Of a DNA stretch of 64,000 nucleotides, positions 39,099-49,180 are shown piece by piece (positions within the stretch are counted from its first letter, which is position 1; each line of letters begins with the position of its first letter). Source of the stretch: an uncultured Aliarcobacter sp. (GTDB taxonomy: Bacteria > Campylobacterota > Campylobacteria > Campylobacterales > Arcobacteraceae); NCBI GenBank assembly GCA_963664305.2, contig CAXXLV010000002.1:320001-384000 (forward strand), in the 5' to 3' direction. The position numbers were made by a program, and so were the translations under genes. The notes beneath the pieces are model-generated. The model worked only from the letters and a program-made list of their open reading frames with translations. It was not told the DNA's origin and made no database searches.

Positions 39099-40700
39099 AT
39101 GGGTAGGGGAAAAAAAACAAGTACAATAAATACAAAAGTTTATTTAGTTGGAAGTGGAATATCTTCTCTTGCAAGTGCTGTATATCTTATCAAAGATGCA
39201 AATGTTAAACCTAATAATATTTTTATTTTAGAACAGAGTGATATTTCTGGTGGTGCTTGTGATGGAGCAGGGGACGAAGTGGACGGTTTTGTTATTCGTG
39301 GTGGAAGAATGCACGAAGAACATTATAATTGTTATTGGGATTTACTTTCAAATATTCCTTCATATGATGACCCAAATATTTCTGTTAAAGATGAAACTTT
39401 TGAGTTTAATAAAAGATTTGTTTCCAATGCACAAGCAAGGTTATTAAGAAAAGGTCAAAAAATTGATGTATCAAGTTACGGATTATCTTTAGTTGACCAA
39501 GCAGATTTATTAAAACTTCTTTTTACTCCTGAAACGATGTTAGATACTTTAAAAATCGAAGAGTGGTTTGGTGCTGATTTTTTCAAAACAAATTTTTGGT
39601 ATATTTGGTCAACAACATTTGCATTTCAAAAATATAGTAGTTTAATTGAGTGTAGAAGATATATGAAAAGATTTATTCATTTAGTTGATGGTTTAAATAG
39701 ACTAGGTGGAATAATGAGAACAAAATACAATCAATATCACTCTGTTATTTTACCAATCAAAAGATATTTAATTAATTTAGGTGTAAATTTTGAAATGAAT
39801 ACACAAGTTGTTGATATTGATTTTTCTATAGAAGAAGAGAAAAAAAGTGCAACAACTTTACATATATTAAGAGATAATCAAAAAGAAAAAATAGAGTTAG
39901 ATGATGAATCTTTTGTTTTTATAACAAATGGTTCAATAACTGATAGTTCAGACCAAGGAAGCTGGACAAAAGCACCAATTTTAAAAGATAAATCAAGTTC
40001 GACTTCTTGGAAACTTTGGGAAAAGATAGCTAAAAAAGATTCTTCTTTTGGTAATCCTTCAGTTTTTTGTGACCATGTTGATTTACAAAAATGGTATTCT
40101 TTTACTGCTACTTTAAAAGATAGTACTTTTCATGATTATATGGAAAACTTTTCAGGAAATGTAGATGGAACAGGAGGTTTAGTAACAATGATTGATTCAA
40201 ATTGGTTAATGTCAATTGTAATTGCTAGACAACCACATTTCCCAAATCAATCAAAAGATGTAAAAGTATTTTGGGGTTATGGTTTATTTCCTGATAAAGA
40301 AGGTAATTTTATTAAGAAAAAGATGTCTGATTGTAATGGAAAAGAGATTTTAGAAGAACTTTTTTATCATTTAAATATTCAAGATATTATGAATCCGATT
40401 ATAAAAGATGGAAAAATAAATTGTATACCTATTTCTATGCCATTTATTGATAGTCTGTTTATGCCAAGAAGTTTGGGTGATAGACCAAAAGTTATACCTT
40501 CAAATGCAACTAATTTTGCTTTTTTAGGACAATTTACAGAAGTTGAAGATGATTGTGTTTTTACTGTTGAATATTCAGTACGAACAGCCCAAATGGCTGT
40601 TTATGGTATATTTAAAACCAATAAAGAGGTAATTCCAGTTTATGATTCAATTCATAATCCAAAATATTTGTTAAAAGCCATTAAAAGTTTTAGCTCTTAA
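39099..40700 (+). CDS. ohyA: Oleate hydratase (MCRA family)
   Basis: GSGISSLASA, RGGRM, KTNFW, TTFAFQ, TKYNQY, TGGLVT..DSNW, VFTVEYSVRTA. Confidence 0.9.
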   Translation: MGRGKKTSTINTKVYLVGSGISSLASAVYLIKDANVKPNNIFILEQSDISGGACDGAGDEVDGFVIRGGRMHEEHYNCYWDLLSNIPSYDDPNISVKDETFEFNKRFVSNAQARLLRKGQKIDVSSYGLSLVDQADLLKLLFTPETMLDTLKIEEWFGADFFKTNFWYIWSTTFAFQKYSSLIECRRYMKRFIHLVDGLNRLGGIMRTKYNQYHSVILPIKRYLINLGVNFEMNTQVVDIDFSIEEEKKSATTLHILRDNQKEKIELDDESFVFITNGSITDSSDQGSWTKAPILKDKSSSTSWKLWEKIAKKDSSFGNPSVFCDHVDLQKWYSFTATLKDSTFHDYMENFSGNVDGTGGLVTMIDSNWLMSIVIARQPHFPNQSKDVKVFWGYGLFPDKEGNFIKKKMSDCNGKEILEELFYHLNIQDIMNPIIKDGKINCIPISMPFIDSLFMPRSLGDRPKVIPSNATNFAFLGQFTEVEDDCVFTVEYSVRTAQMAVYGIFKTNKEVIPVYDSIHNPKYLLKAIKSFSS

Positions 40701-40713
40701 AAAATAAGAGCTA
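40691..40713 (+). terminator. Hairpin over the ohyA stop
   Basis: tagctctta / taagagcta. Confidence 0.45.
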
Positions 40714-40795
40714 TTATGTTAACTCTAATCAACATATAACCACATATATCGTATAATCCCATCCTTAAAAAATATAATACAATAAAAGAAGAATT

Positions 40796-42583
40796 ATGAT
40801 AGAACTTGTAAATATATCAAAAAGTTACCCAACAAATGACCTTTACAGCAATTTAGATTTAAGATTAAATGCTGGAAATAAAGTAGGTTTAGTTGGAAGA
40901 AATGGAAGTGGAAAATCTACACTTTTTAAATTGATTTTAGGTGAAGAACAACCAGATAGTGGTGAAATAGCACTTCCAAAAAACTATAAAATTGGTGCTT
41001 TAAAGCAATATTTTGATTTTACTGAAAAGACTTTGTTGGAAGAGACAGCTCTTGCTTTAGGTGAAGATGATAAATATAACATCTATAAAGCTGAAAAGAT
41101 TTTATTTGGACTTGGATTTACAGAAAGTGATTTAGAAAAAGCTCCAAAAGAGTTTTCAGGTGGTTATCAAATTAGAATAAACTTAGCAAAACTTCTTTTA
41201 ACAGAACCAAATATGCTTTTACTTGATGAGCCAACAAACTACTTAGATATTTTATCTATTAGATGGTTAAAAGCATTTTTAAAATCTTTTGAGGGAGAAG
41301 TGATTCTTATCACTCACGATAGAGATTTCATGGATAGTGTTTGTACACATACAATGGGAATTATTAGAAAAAGTGCTTTTATGGTTCAAGGAAGTACACA
41401 TAAATTCTATGAATTATTAGCAAGTAATGAAGAACACTATGAAAAACAAAAAATAGCTCAAGAGAAAAAAATCAAAGAACTTGAAGAGTTTATTGCTAAA
41501 AACAAAGCAAGAGCTGCAACTGCAACACTGGCTCAATCAAAAGTAAAAATTCTAGAAAAAATGGAAGTTATGGAAGATTTACAATATGATTCAAGTTTAG
41601 AATTTAACTTTAACTATAAAGATACAGCAGCTAAATTCTTACTTGAAGTTAAAGATGTAAGTTTTGGATATTCACCTAATAATATTTTATTTAAAGATAT
41701 CTCTTTTGCATTAAGTAAAGGTGAAACACTAGGAATCATCGGGAAAAATGGTAAAGGTAAATCAACTTTACTAAATGTAATTGCAGGAGAATTAAAAGCT
41801 TTAACTGGAACTATTGATTATCATACAAGTACAGTTTTTGGACACTTTGGGCAAACAAATATTTCTCATTTAAATAAAAACAACACTATTATGGATGAGA
41901 TTCACTCTACAAATGTAAAACTTCCAGAGTCAACTATTCGAGGAATTGCTGGATTAATGATGTTCAGTGGTGATAGTGCTAAAAAGAAAATTTCACTTTT
42001 ATCTGGGGGAGAAAAAAGTAGGGTAATGCTTGGAAAAATCATAGCAAAAGATGTAAATTTACTTTTCCTAGATGAGCCTACAAACCACCTTGATATGGAT
42101 TCTATTGATGCACTTACAACTGCAATTAAAGAATTTGAAGGTTCTTGTATTATCGTAACACACAGTGAAGATTTATTAAGAGCAGTTTGTGATAGATTGA
42201 TTGTATTTACAAATGATGGAGCTGATTATTTCAATGGAACTTATGATGAGTTTTTAGAAAAAATTGGTTGGGAAGAAGATGAAACTGTTGAAAAGAAAAA
42301 AGTTGAAAAACCAAAAGTAAATAAAAAAGAGAGCAAAAAATTAAGAGCTGCTATTGTTTCAGAAAAAAGTAAAGCAACAGCACCACTTAAAAAAGAGATT
42401 CAAGATTTAGAAGAACAAATAGAAAAACTTGAAGATGCACTAGAAGACGCAAGAGTTAAACTTTCAAGAGATATTCCAAAAATTGAAAAAGAGATTGAAC
42501 AAAAATTTGAATTATTACAAGCAACTCAATTTAAACTTGATGATATGAATAAAGAGTTTGAAAGAAGAATGAACGAGGTTTAA
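40796..42583 (+). CDS. ABC-F family ATPase
   Basis: Two NBDs (GRNGSGKST, GKNGKGKST; LDEPTN twice), no TM helices. Confidence 0.93.
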   Translation: MIELVNISKSYPTNDLYSNLDLRLNAGNKVGLVGRNGSGKSTLFKLILGEEQPDSGEIALPKNYKIGALKQYFDFTEKTLLEETALALGEDDKYNIYKAEKILFGLGFTESDLEKAPKEFSGGYQIRINLAKLLLTEPNMLLLDEPTNYLDILSIRWLKAFLKSFEGEVILITHDRDFMDSVCTHTMGIIRKSAFMVQGSTHKFYELLASNEEHYEKQKIAQEKKIKELEEFIAKNKARAATATLAQSKVKILEKMEVMEDLQYDSSLEFNFNYKDTAAKFLLEVKDVSFGYSPNNILFKDISFALSKGETLGIIGKNGKGKSTLLNVIAGELKALTGTIDYHTSTVFGHFGQTNISHLNKNNTIMDEIHSTNVKLPESTIRGIAGLMMFSGDSAKKKISLLSGGEKSRVMLGKIIAKDVNLLFLDEPTNHLDMDSIDALTTAIKEFEGSCIIVTHSEDLLRAVCDRLIVFTNDGADYFNGTYDEFLEKIGWEEDETVEKKKVEKPKVNKKESKKLRAAIVSEKSKATAPLKKEIQDLEEQIEKLEDALEDARVKLSRDIPKIEKEIEQKFELLQATQFKLDDMNKEFERRMNEV

Positions 42584-43458
42584 GCTAATAATAGCTTAAA
42601 GCTCTTCGGAGTAAATAGTCTTAAAGAATCACTTTTTAGTGATTTTAACTCACTTGAAAATCCATTTTTACTAAAGATTACAAAGATATCTACATTTAGA
42701 CCTGCACCTTTACAATCATCTATTAGTTTATTTAATTCATTTTTTTTGATTTTAGAGTTTATATATTTGCAATTACCTGCAATAATTTTTCCACTTGTTG
42801 TTTTTGCAACTAAATCTATTTCTCTTTTCTCATCCCAATATTTTCCAAACTGTTTTATTGGGTCTTCACTTAATAAATCTCTGATAAATTCCATTGATAG
42901 TTCTTCAAATACAAAGTTTCCAAATTCAGCTTGTTTATTTTCAAAAAGAGTATAAAATTCTTCATAATTTTTCTCTTTTATACCTTTATAAATAGGAGAA
43001 ACAAAAGCAAACCAAAACCTTAAAAAAGGTGTAGTAAATAGAAGTTTTCTAGCAACTTTATCATCACCTCTTTTATTTGCTAAGTGATGTTGAGATGATT
43101 CAACTTCAATTATTCCTCTTTCTACTAATTTTTCAACACATTTAGAACCCTCTTCAAAACTTACAAATGCTCTTTTAAAAGATGAATTAGTTCTTCTATC
43201 ACCTTGAGCTATTCCTGTTAAAACAGCATGGTCAACTTTATAACCACCCGTTAAACTATGAATTTCATTTCTTAATTGTAAATAGTTATTTAAAATATGT
43301 TCTTCTATTAGTTCAAGTAATGGTTTTGTTGTATCTATTTTTATATCATAACCACCAAATACTATAAAGTATTGAACAGCTCTTTCCATATCTGTGATGT
43401 TGTTTTCTTTACAAAAAATTTTAAATTGATTTTTTGTTGATTGGTCTATTAAAATTAT
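42580..43458 (-). CDS. DUF234-domain protein (PD-(D/E)xK-like C-terminus)
   Basis: PFLRFWF.FV, FEEL, YWD..REIDLV, GNCKY, FSKNGFS; frame open to ATA at 43458, first ATG at 43389. Confidence 0.8.
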   Translation of the reverse strand: MILIDQSTKNQFKIFCKENNITDMERAVQYFIVFGGYDIKIDTTKPLLELIEEHILNNYLQLRNEIHSLTGGYKVDHAVLTGIAQGDRRTNSSFKRAFVSFEEGSKCVEKLVERGIIEVESSQHHLANKRGDDKVARKLLFTTPFLRFWFAFVSPIYKGIKEKNYEEFYTLFENKQAEFGNFVFEELSMEFIRDLLSEDPIKQFGKYWDEKREIDLVAKTTSGKIIAGNCKYINSKIKKNELNKLIDDCKGAGLNVDIFVIFSKNGFSSELKSLKSDSLRLFTPKSFKLLLA

Positions 43459-43467
43459 GGTAAATCC

Positions 43468-43920
43468 TTATTCTTTATTATATTTTTGCAAAAAAGCATT
43501 AAATGAATTTGCAAATTGTTGGGCATCTTTTTGACTAAAAGGAGCTGGACCTTTTGTCATTTCTCCACTATCTCTTATTTCTTGCATCAAATTTCTAATT
43601 GCAAGATACTGTTTTATATTATCTTGTGTATAAGTTGCACCTCTATGGTCAATTGCATGAGCATTTTTTTGTATAGTTCTATCTGCTAGTGGAATATCTG
43701 CCGTTATTACAAGGTCATTTTCTTCTAACATTTCAACTATTTTATCATCAGCTTCATCTTGTTTTGTATCAACAATGATATAACTAATATGTTTAGAAAT
43801 ACCTATATTGATTTTTTTATTTGCAATTACAATAGTATCTATTTTTTGTTTTTCAATTGCCCTTAATACAATTGGTTTTAACAAATTTGGAAAAGCATCG
43901 CCATCTATAAAAAGTCTCAT
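43468..43920 (-). CDS. yaiI: YaiI/YqxD (DUF188) family protein
   Basis: IDGDAFP, DEADD.I, DLVITADIPLA. Confidence 0.92.
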   Translation of the reverse strand: MRLFIDGDAFPNLLKPIVLRAIEKQKIDTIVIANKKINIGISKHISYIIVDTKQDEADDKIVEMLEENDLVITADIPLADRTIQKNAHAIDHRGATYTQDNIKQYLAIRNLMQEIRDSGEMTKGPAPFSQKDAQQFANSFNAFLQKYNKE

Positions 43921-45236
43921 ATTTTAAATAAATCTTTTGGATCAATATGAGAAGAGTCTTTTGTTACTTGGAACATCAAACTATCATCAACCCTTCCAAC
44001 AACATATCCTTGTTTTATCCATTTTCCAACAACAAGTGTTGGAGAGATTTCATCTAAATGAGAATAAATAGTGTGTAATCCACCTTCATGTTGAATAATT
44101 ACTACATTATCAAGCATACCTGCATTTTTTTTAGCATAAACAACTTTTCCATTTAATACAGAAACAACTTTTGATTGAGGTTCTGTACTTTTTAAAACAA
44201 TAGATTCATTAAATAGTTTAATTTTATAAATAGGGTCATAATATGTTCCAAAATTTTTTACTACTTTAAATGATTTTAATGGTGCAATACTTTTGGCACC
44301 AGTATATCTTACTATTTTAATACCATCAGTAGAAGAACCAATTTTTCTTACATCAAGATTTAGATTTTTTGCATATTTTTGATTTCTTACTTCTGATGTT
44401 TGAATTTCAGTATCATCTTGTGCTACTTCTTCTTGAGCTGATGAATTTTTGTTCTTGTTATTCATAAGAGCTTGAAGTTTTTGTTTTCTCTCTTCCTCTT
44501 CCCTTGCTGCAATTTTTTTATCTTCTTCTTCTTTTAAGATATTTAATTCAGAAAGTAAGCTTTTTAAAGATTCTTGTTGCTTAACAACTTTATTTAACTC
44601 AACTTGATAAGCTTTATGTTGTTCTTCAAGACTAGATAATGAACTAGAATGTTTTTGTTTTAAACTTGTTAATTTATCTTTTGTTTTTTGTCTATCTTCA
44701 ATGTATGAAGAGATTTTTTCAATATCTTTTTGATTGTTTTTCGTATTGTTATAAACTAAGTTATATGTACTATTTAACTTTGTAACTTTATCTTTTGAAT
44801 GTTCTGATAATAGTGTATAAATCTCATTATCAACCAACTCTTGTAAAGAGTTTTCAGAAGCTAGTTTTAGAGCCATAGAAATTGAAAACTCTTCAATAAT
44901 TGTATCAACTATTTGTTCTTCACTTGAACTTTTTTCTTTTATTAATTGAGTTGATTTTGATTGTAACTCTTCTAATTTTGTTTTAGAATCTTCAAGTAGC
45001 TTTTGATGTTGTTCAATATCATCATTTACTTGTTTTATATCTTTTTCAATATTCATTATATTTGTATTTTGAGCTTCAATTTTATCTGCAAGTTCTTTTA
45101 TTTTTAGGTTTGTTGTCTCTTCTTTTTGTGTTGTATCGTTTAATATTTCTTTGTTTTGTTTAATTTTTTTGTCAATATTAGAAGCTGCAAAAATTAAATT
45201 GCTTGTTAAAAATAAAATAAAAAATATCTTAGTCAT
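43917..45236 (-). CDS. envC: EnvC-like murein hydrolase activator (coiled coil + degenerate M23)
   Basis: Long coiled coil, GKVVYA...VIIQH..GLHTIYSHL; follows ftsEX. Confidence 0.85.
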   Translation of the reverse strand: MTKIFFILFLTSNLIFAASNIDKKIKQNKEILNDTTQKEETTNLKIKELADKIEAQNTNIMNIEKDIKQVNDDIEQHQKLLEDSKTKLEELQSKSTQLIKEKSSSEEQIVDTIIEEFSISMALKLASENSLQELVDNEIYTLLSEHSKDKVTKLNSTYNLVYNNTKNNQKDIEKISSYIEDRQKTKDKLTSLKQKHSSSLSSLEEQHKAYQVELNKVVKQQESLKSLLSELNILKEEEDKKIAAREEEERKQKLQALMNNKNKNSSAQEEVAQDDTEIQTSEVRNQKYAKNLNLDVRKIGSSTDGIKIVRYTGAKSIAPLKSFKVVKNFGTYYDPIYKIKLFNESIVLKSTEPQSKVVSVLNGKVVYAKKNAGMLDNVVIIQHEGGLHTIYSHLDEISPTLVVGKWIKQGYVVGRVDDSLMFQVTKDSSHIDPKDLFKI

Positions 45237-46047
45237 TTGTAATCTTATATTTTAATAATACTCCAAAAATTGTGAAAATAGAGATACAAAAAGATAATAA
45301 AAATATCTTTAATAACTCTAAAGGTAAATTTATTTGTATATCTATAATATCGTGTAATTCTAAAGGAAATAAAACTTCCATATTGTTTGAAACATAAAAT
45401 AAAAAACCAGTTGTAATTAAAAAGGCTAAAAATGAACTTAATAGTGCATAATTTAATATTGATGATGCACTATATAAAATAGAAGCACCATGTAGCCTTA
45501 AAATTGATATTTTTATATGTTGTTCATGGAACCATAATTTTATCTGTTTTGCAATAATGATTATTGCAAAAAGTGTAATAATAAAAAATAGTATAAATGA
45601 AACACTATTTAATAAAAGAAGTAACAGATATACTTGGTTATGGTTTTTATAAAAAACTTCAACTTTTTTTATATTTTTATTTTTCAACAAAGTTTGTTTT
45701 ATCTCTTCTAATTCACTACTTGTTGGAAATATTTCCAAATAAATTTGATAAAAATTAGGAAGTTTTTGTTTTAATAATTCAATTGAATTATCAGATAAAT
45801 TTGTTTTTATATTATCGATAATTTTATCATTTGGTAAAGCTTGAATTCTTTCTACTTTTATTCCTGCAAGTTCATTTATATTATCTTTTTCTATTGGATT
45901 AGTTGTAACAACAACAATAGAATAATCTCTAGAAATTTGTGTTTTGTAATTTTCAACTACATTATTTATTAATAGATAAATAGAAAATGCAATTAGCATA
46001 GATAATAATGGAATTAAAAAAGCTAGTATGTTTTTAAGAAACTTCAT
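45229..46047 (-). CDS. ftsX: Cell-division permease
   Basis: 4 TM helices, ILRLHGA, downstream of ftsE; start at MKFLK. Confidence 0.8.
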   Translation of the reverse strand: MKFLKNILAFLIPLLSMLIAFSIYLLINNVVENYKTQISRDYSIVVVTTNPIEKDNINELAGIKVERIQALPNDKIIDNIKTNLSDNSIELLKQKLPNFYQIYLEIFPTSSELEEIKQTLLKNKNIKKVEVFYKNHNQVYLLLLLLNSVSFILFFIITLFAIIIIAKQIKLWFHEQHIKISILRLHGASILYSASSILNYALLSSFLAFLITTGFLFYVSNNMEVLFPLELHDIIDIQINLPLELLKIFLLSFCISIFTIFGVLLKYKITND

Positions 46048-46696
46048 AAATAATTCCATCCTCAATAGATAGTTGTCTAAATTTAATTCCTAGATTTTTA
46101 GGAACTCTATGAGTTACAACTACTACTGTAATTCCTAATTGTTCATTTGCACCTTTTAACAAATTCCATACAACTTCAGCTGAATAATCATCAAGATTTC
46201 CTGTTGGTTCATCTGCAATTATGATTTTTGGATTATGAGCAAGTGCACGCGCAACAGCAACTCTTTGTTGTTCTCCACCACTTAATTCATTTGGATAATA
46301 TCCAGCTCGATGAGTAAGTCTGACATGAGCTAAAAGTTTATTCGCTTGATCTCTTGAAACTTCATGTGAATATCCATTTATTTTAAGTGGTATCATAATA
46401 TTTTCTTCAATAGTAAATTCATTTACAAGTTTATAATCTTGAAAAATAATACCAATATCTTTTCTAAGAAGTCTTAGTTTTTTACCTTTTATTCCAAAAA
46501 CTTCTTGGTTTTCAATTCTTAAGCTTCCATGCTTAAGAGGAATATCACCATAAAATGATTTTAATAAAGTTGATTTTCCACTACCTGAGTTTCCACCAAT
46601 AAAGATGAACTCTTTAGGTTTAATAGTAAAATTTCCTTTTTTTATTATATATTTATTATCATCATAAGTTAGGTAAATATTCTTAGCTTCTATCAT
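46034..46696 (-). CDS. ftsE: Cell-division ATP-binding protein
   Basis: GNSGSGKST, IGIIFQDYKL, LSGGEQQR, ADEPTGNLD. Confidence 0.92.
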   Translation of the reverse strand: MIEAKNIYLTYDDNKYIIKKGNFTIKPKEFIFIGGNSGSGKSTLLKSFYGDIPLKHGSLRIENQEVFGIKGKKLRLLRKDIGIIFQDYKLVNEFTIEENIMIPLKINGYSHEVSRDQANKLLAHVRLTHRAGYYPNELSGGEQQRVAVARALAHNPKIIIADEPTGNLDDYSAEVVWNLLKGANEQLGITVVVVTHRVPKNLGIKFRQLSIEDGIIYEVS

Positions 46697-47886
46697 TTAC
46701 TTAAAATCTCTTTTAATTTTTTATGTGCATTTATATTTGAACTTGTAGGAAGAGGATTTCCTTGATAATAAGCAATATTTCCATCTTCTACAAGTAGATA
46801 CTTTGTAACTGGTCTATCAAAATTTCCCATAGTGATTTTTATTAATCCTGAATTATCTTTATTTTCAAGTGTATAAATCTCTTCAACATGAATAAAGTAA
46901 CCATTTTCAATAAGTGACTTTGTTGGAATATTTTTTATTGTTTTGTCAAAGTCAATTTTGAAATCAAATGAAAAATCATAATCCAAGTTTATATTTTCAT
47001 CTTCATTCCAAGCTTCTAAAACTACATCATAGATATTTTTACCTTGTTTTTTCCATCTATCTTCATATTTACTAGAAACTGCTAAATCTTTATTTATATC
47101 AATTGTAATTCTTCCTTTTGGAAGATTTGTTAAAACTTGCGTACAAAAATCAAAATATTTTCTACTATCTGTTCTAAGTTCTAAAGTTCCACCAATTTTT
47201 AAAACTCTTAATGCTTCATTTACAAACTCATTTGAATAAATTCTTCTATGAGGTTTTTTATCCCAAGGTACAGGGAAATGAACAAAGATTTTTCCTACTT
47301 TATTTGATTCAATAAATTCCATAAATAATCTTGCATCATAATTTACAACTAAAACATTTGTAATACCTTGAATTTCAAGTTGTTTTAAAAGTTGTTCGAT
47401 TGATGGATAGTGAATTTCAAGACCAATAAATTGAACATTTGGATTTGTTTTTGCTTGATGTAAAAGATGTCTTCCACTTCCAAAACCAATCTCAATTTGA
47501 ATCTCTTTATCTGTTTTAAAATCGCTAACAAAATAGTTGATATCTTTTAGATATTCGTGTTTAGTCTCTTTTTTTACTTGAAGATTATTTGTATTTGAAA
47601 ATAATACATTTGCTTCATTTAGATTTACATAAGCATTTAAAGCATTTTTTACAAGAGTTACTGGTGATAATCTTGTAACTTTATCTGCTTTTATCATAAA
47701 GTTTTCATCTTTTGGTTTTAAAGATAATAAAAATTCTTTTCCTTGATTTGTAACAGCTACTCTATATTCTGTTTTTCTTTCTTTTTGAGTAAAGTTATAT
47801 GACTTTGCTATAAACTTAAACTCTACACCATCTTTTGCTGATGGTGTATTAATTAACTCTTTTCTTTCAAATACGATATGTGGCAT
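46693..47886 (-). CDS. trmB: tRNA (guanine-N7)-methyltransferase
   Basis: EIGFGSG, HFPVPWDKKPHRR, LRTD, SKYE. Confidence 0.95.
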   Translation of the reverse strand: MPHIVFERKELINTPSAKDGVEFKFIAKSYNFTQKERKTEYRVAVTNQGKEFLLSLKPKDENFMIKADKVTRLSPVTLVKNALNAYVNLNEANVLFSNTNNLQVKKETKHEYLKDINYFVSDFKTDKEIQIEIGFGSGRHLLHQAKTNPNVQFIGLEIHYPSIEQLLKQLEIQGITNVLVVNYDARLFMEFIESNKVGKIFVHFPVPWDKKPHRRIYSNEFVNEALRVLKIGGTLELRTDSRKYFDFCTQVLTNLPKGRITIDINKDLAVSSKYEDRWKKQGKNIYDVVLEAWNEDENINLDYDFSFDFKIDFDKTIKNIPTKSLIENGYFIHVEEIYTLENKDNSGLIKITMGNFDRPVTKYLLVEDGNIAYYQGNPLPTSSNINAHKKLKEILSK

Positions 47887-47899
47887 TTATTCTTTCTTA

Positions 47900-49180
47900 T
47901 TATTTTGAATTTGTTTTTGGAATTGTTAATGATGCTTCATTTGTTTTTTCAGATACTAATCCAAACTCATCATTTGCTTGAACTGTATATTTATATTCAA
48001 CTCCACTTACAATATCTGTATCTTCAAATCTTGTATCACTAATATTATTAAATGTTACTTCTTTATATTCAAAGAAATTTTGTTTAATTTTTTTCACAAC
48101 ATTGTATGATATAGCTCTACTATCTCCAGCTTTCCAGTTTAAAATAGCTCTATTATCTTGAATTTGTGCAAGTGTTAATACTGGTTTTGCAGGTTTTGGT
48201 AAACTTATTCCTTTTGTAGGATTTACGTCAAAAGAACTCTCTAAACCATCTTTTCCTACAGCAATAATTTTATAGTAATAAACTCTTCCATCATCATCTG
48301 TTTTATCTGTAAATTCAAGAACATTAGCATTTACAGTTCCAACTTTTTTATATCCAAAAGATGTGTAAACACTTCTGTGAATATCATATTTTATTATATC
48401 TTGTGTTGGTGAAGCATCCCAAGCTAAAAATATTTTTTTAGGAATATTATTTGATGCTCTTACATTTGATGGTCCACTTGGAAGAGGTTTTGTTTTTGCA
48501 ACAACTGGTTTTGAAGTTGCAGACTCAACATCATTAAATGTAAATGCTTTTACTCTATATTTGTAAGCTGTATTATTTTCTAAACCTGTATCAATATATT
48601 CAACTGATAATCTTTGGTTTATAGTTTTTAAATAAATCCATTCATTTAGTGTTGTATTAAATTTCTCAATTCTATAGTATTGAACTCTTGGGTCTGGATG
48701 TGGTCTCCAAATTATTTTTATTCTATTTGGTAAATCAGAAATTGCTTGAACGAACTCAACAGCAGGAAGTCTTTGTAATGTTTGAACTATATACGCATCT
48801 GTTGTTGGAGATTCACTACCATCTGCTAATCTTGCAGATATTTGGTAAGCGTATTTTGTATTTGGCTCTAAATCTTTATCAACATAGTGAGTAGCATATC
48901 TGTTATCAATAGATTTTATAAGTCTTAAAGTTTTTCCATCTTTTTGTAAATCCATTCGATAAAAGTTATAACCTACAACTTTTGGGTCATTTGATCTTTG
49001 CCATTCAAATCCAATTGAAGTCATATCAGGAATTGATTTTATAGAATTAAAATCTACAGTTTCAACTGAGTTATTAATTTTTGGTTTTGTTGGTGTATTT
49101 AAATTGTCAAATATGTTAGTACAACCACTAAATAGAAAAAGTAAAACTGTTAATGATGTAACTTTCATCAATTTTATCAT
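47900..49180 (-). CDS. Fibronectin type III repeat lipoprotein (FlpA-like)
   Basis: Lipobox FSGC; four FN3 repeats (W...Y...D..LE.NT.Y.Y); Campylobacter-like synteny. Confidence 0.88.
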   Translation of the reverse strand: MIKLMKVTSLTVLLFLFSGCTNIFDNLNTPTKPKINNSVETVDFNSIKSIPDMTSIGFEWQRSNDPKVVGYNFYRMDLQKDGKTLRLIKSIDNRYATHYVDKDLEPNTKYAYQISARLADGSESPTTDAYIVQTLQRLPAVEFVQAISDLPNRIKIIWRPHPDPRVQYYRIEKFNTTLNEWIYLKTINQRLSVEYIDTGLENNTAYKYRVKAFTFNDVESATSKPVVAKTKPLPSGPSNVRASNNIPKKIFLAWDASPTQDIIKYDIHRSVYTSFGYKKVGTVNANVLEFTDKTDDDGRVYYYKIIAVGKDGLESSFDVNPTKGISLPKPAKPVLTLAQIQDNRAILNWKAGDSRAISYNVVKKIKQNFFEYKEVTFNNISDTRFEDTDIVSGVEYKYTVQANDEFGLVSEKTNEASLTIPKTNSK

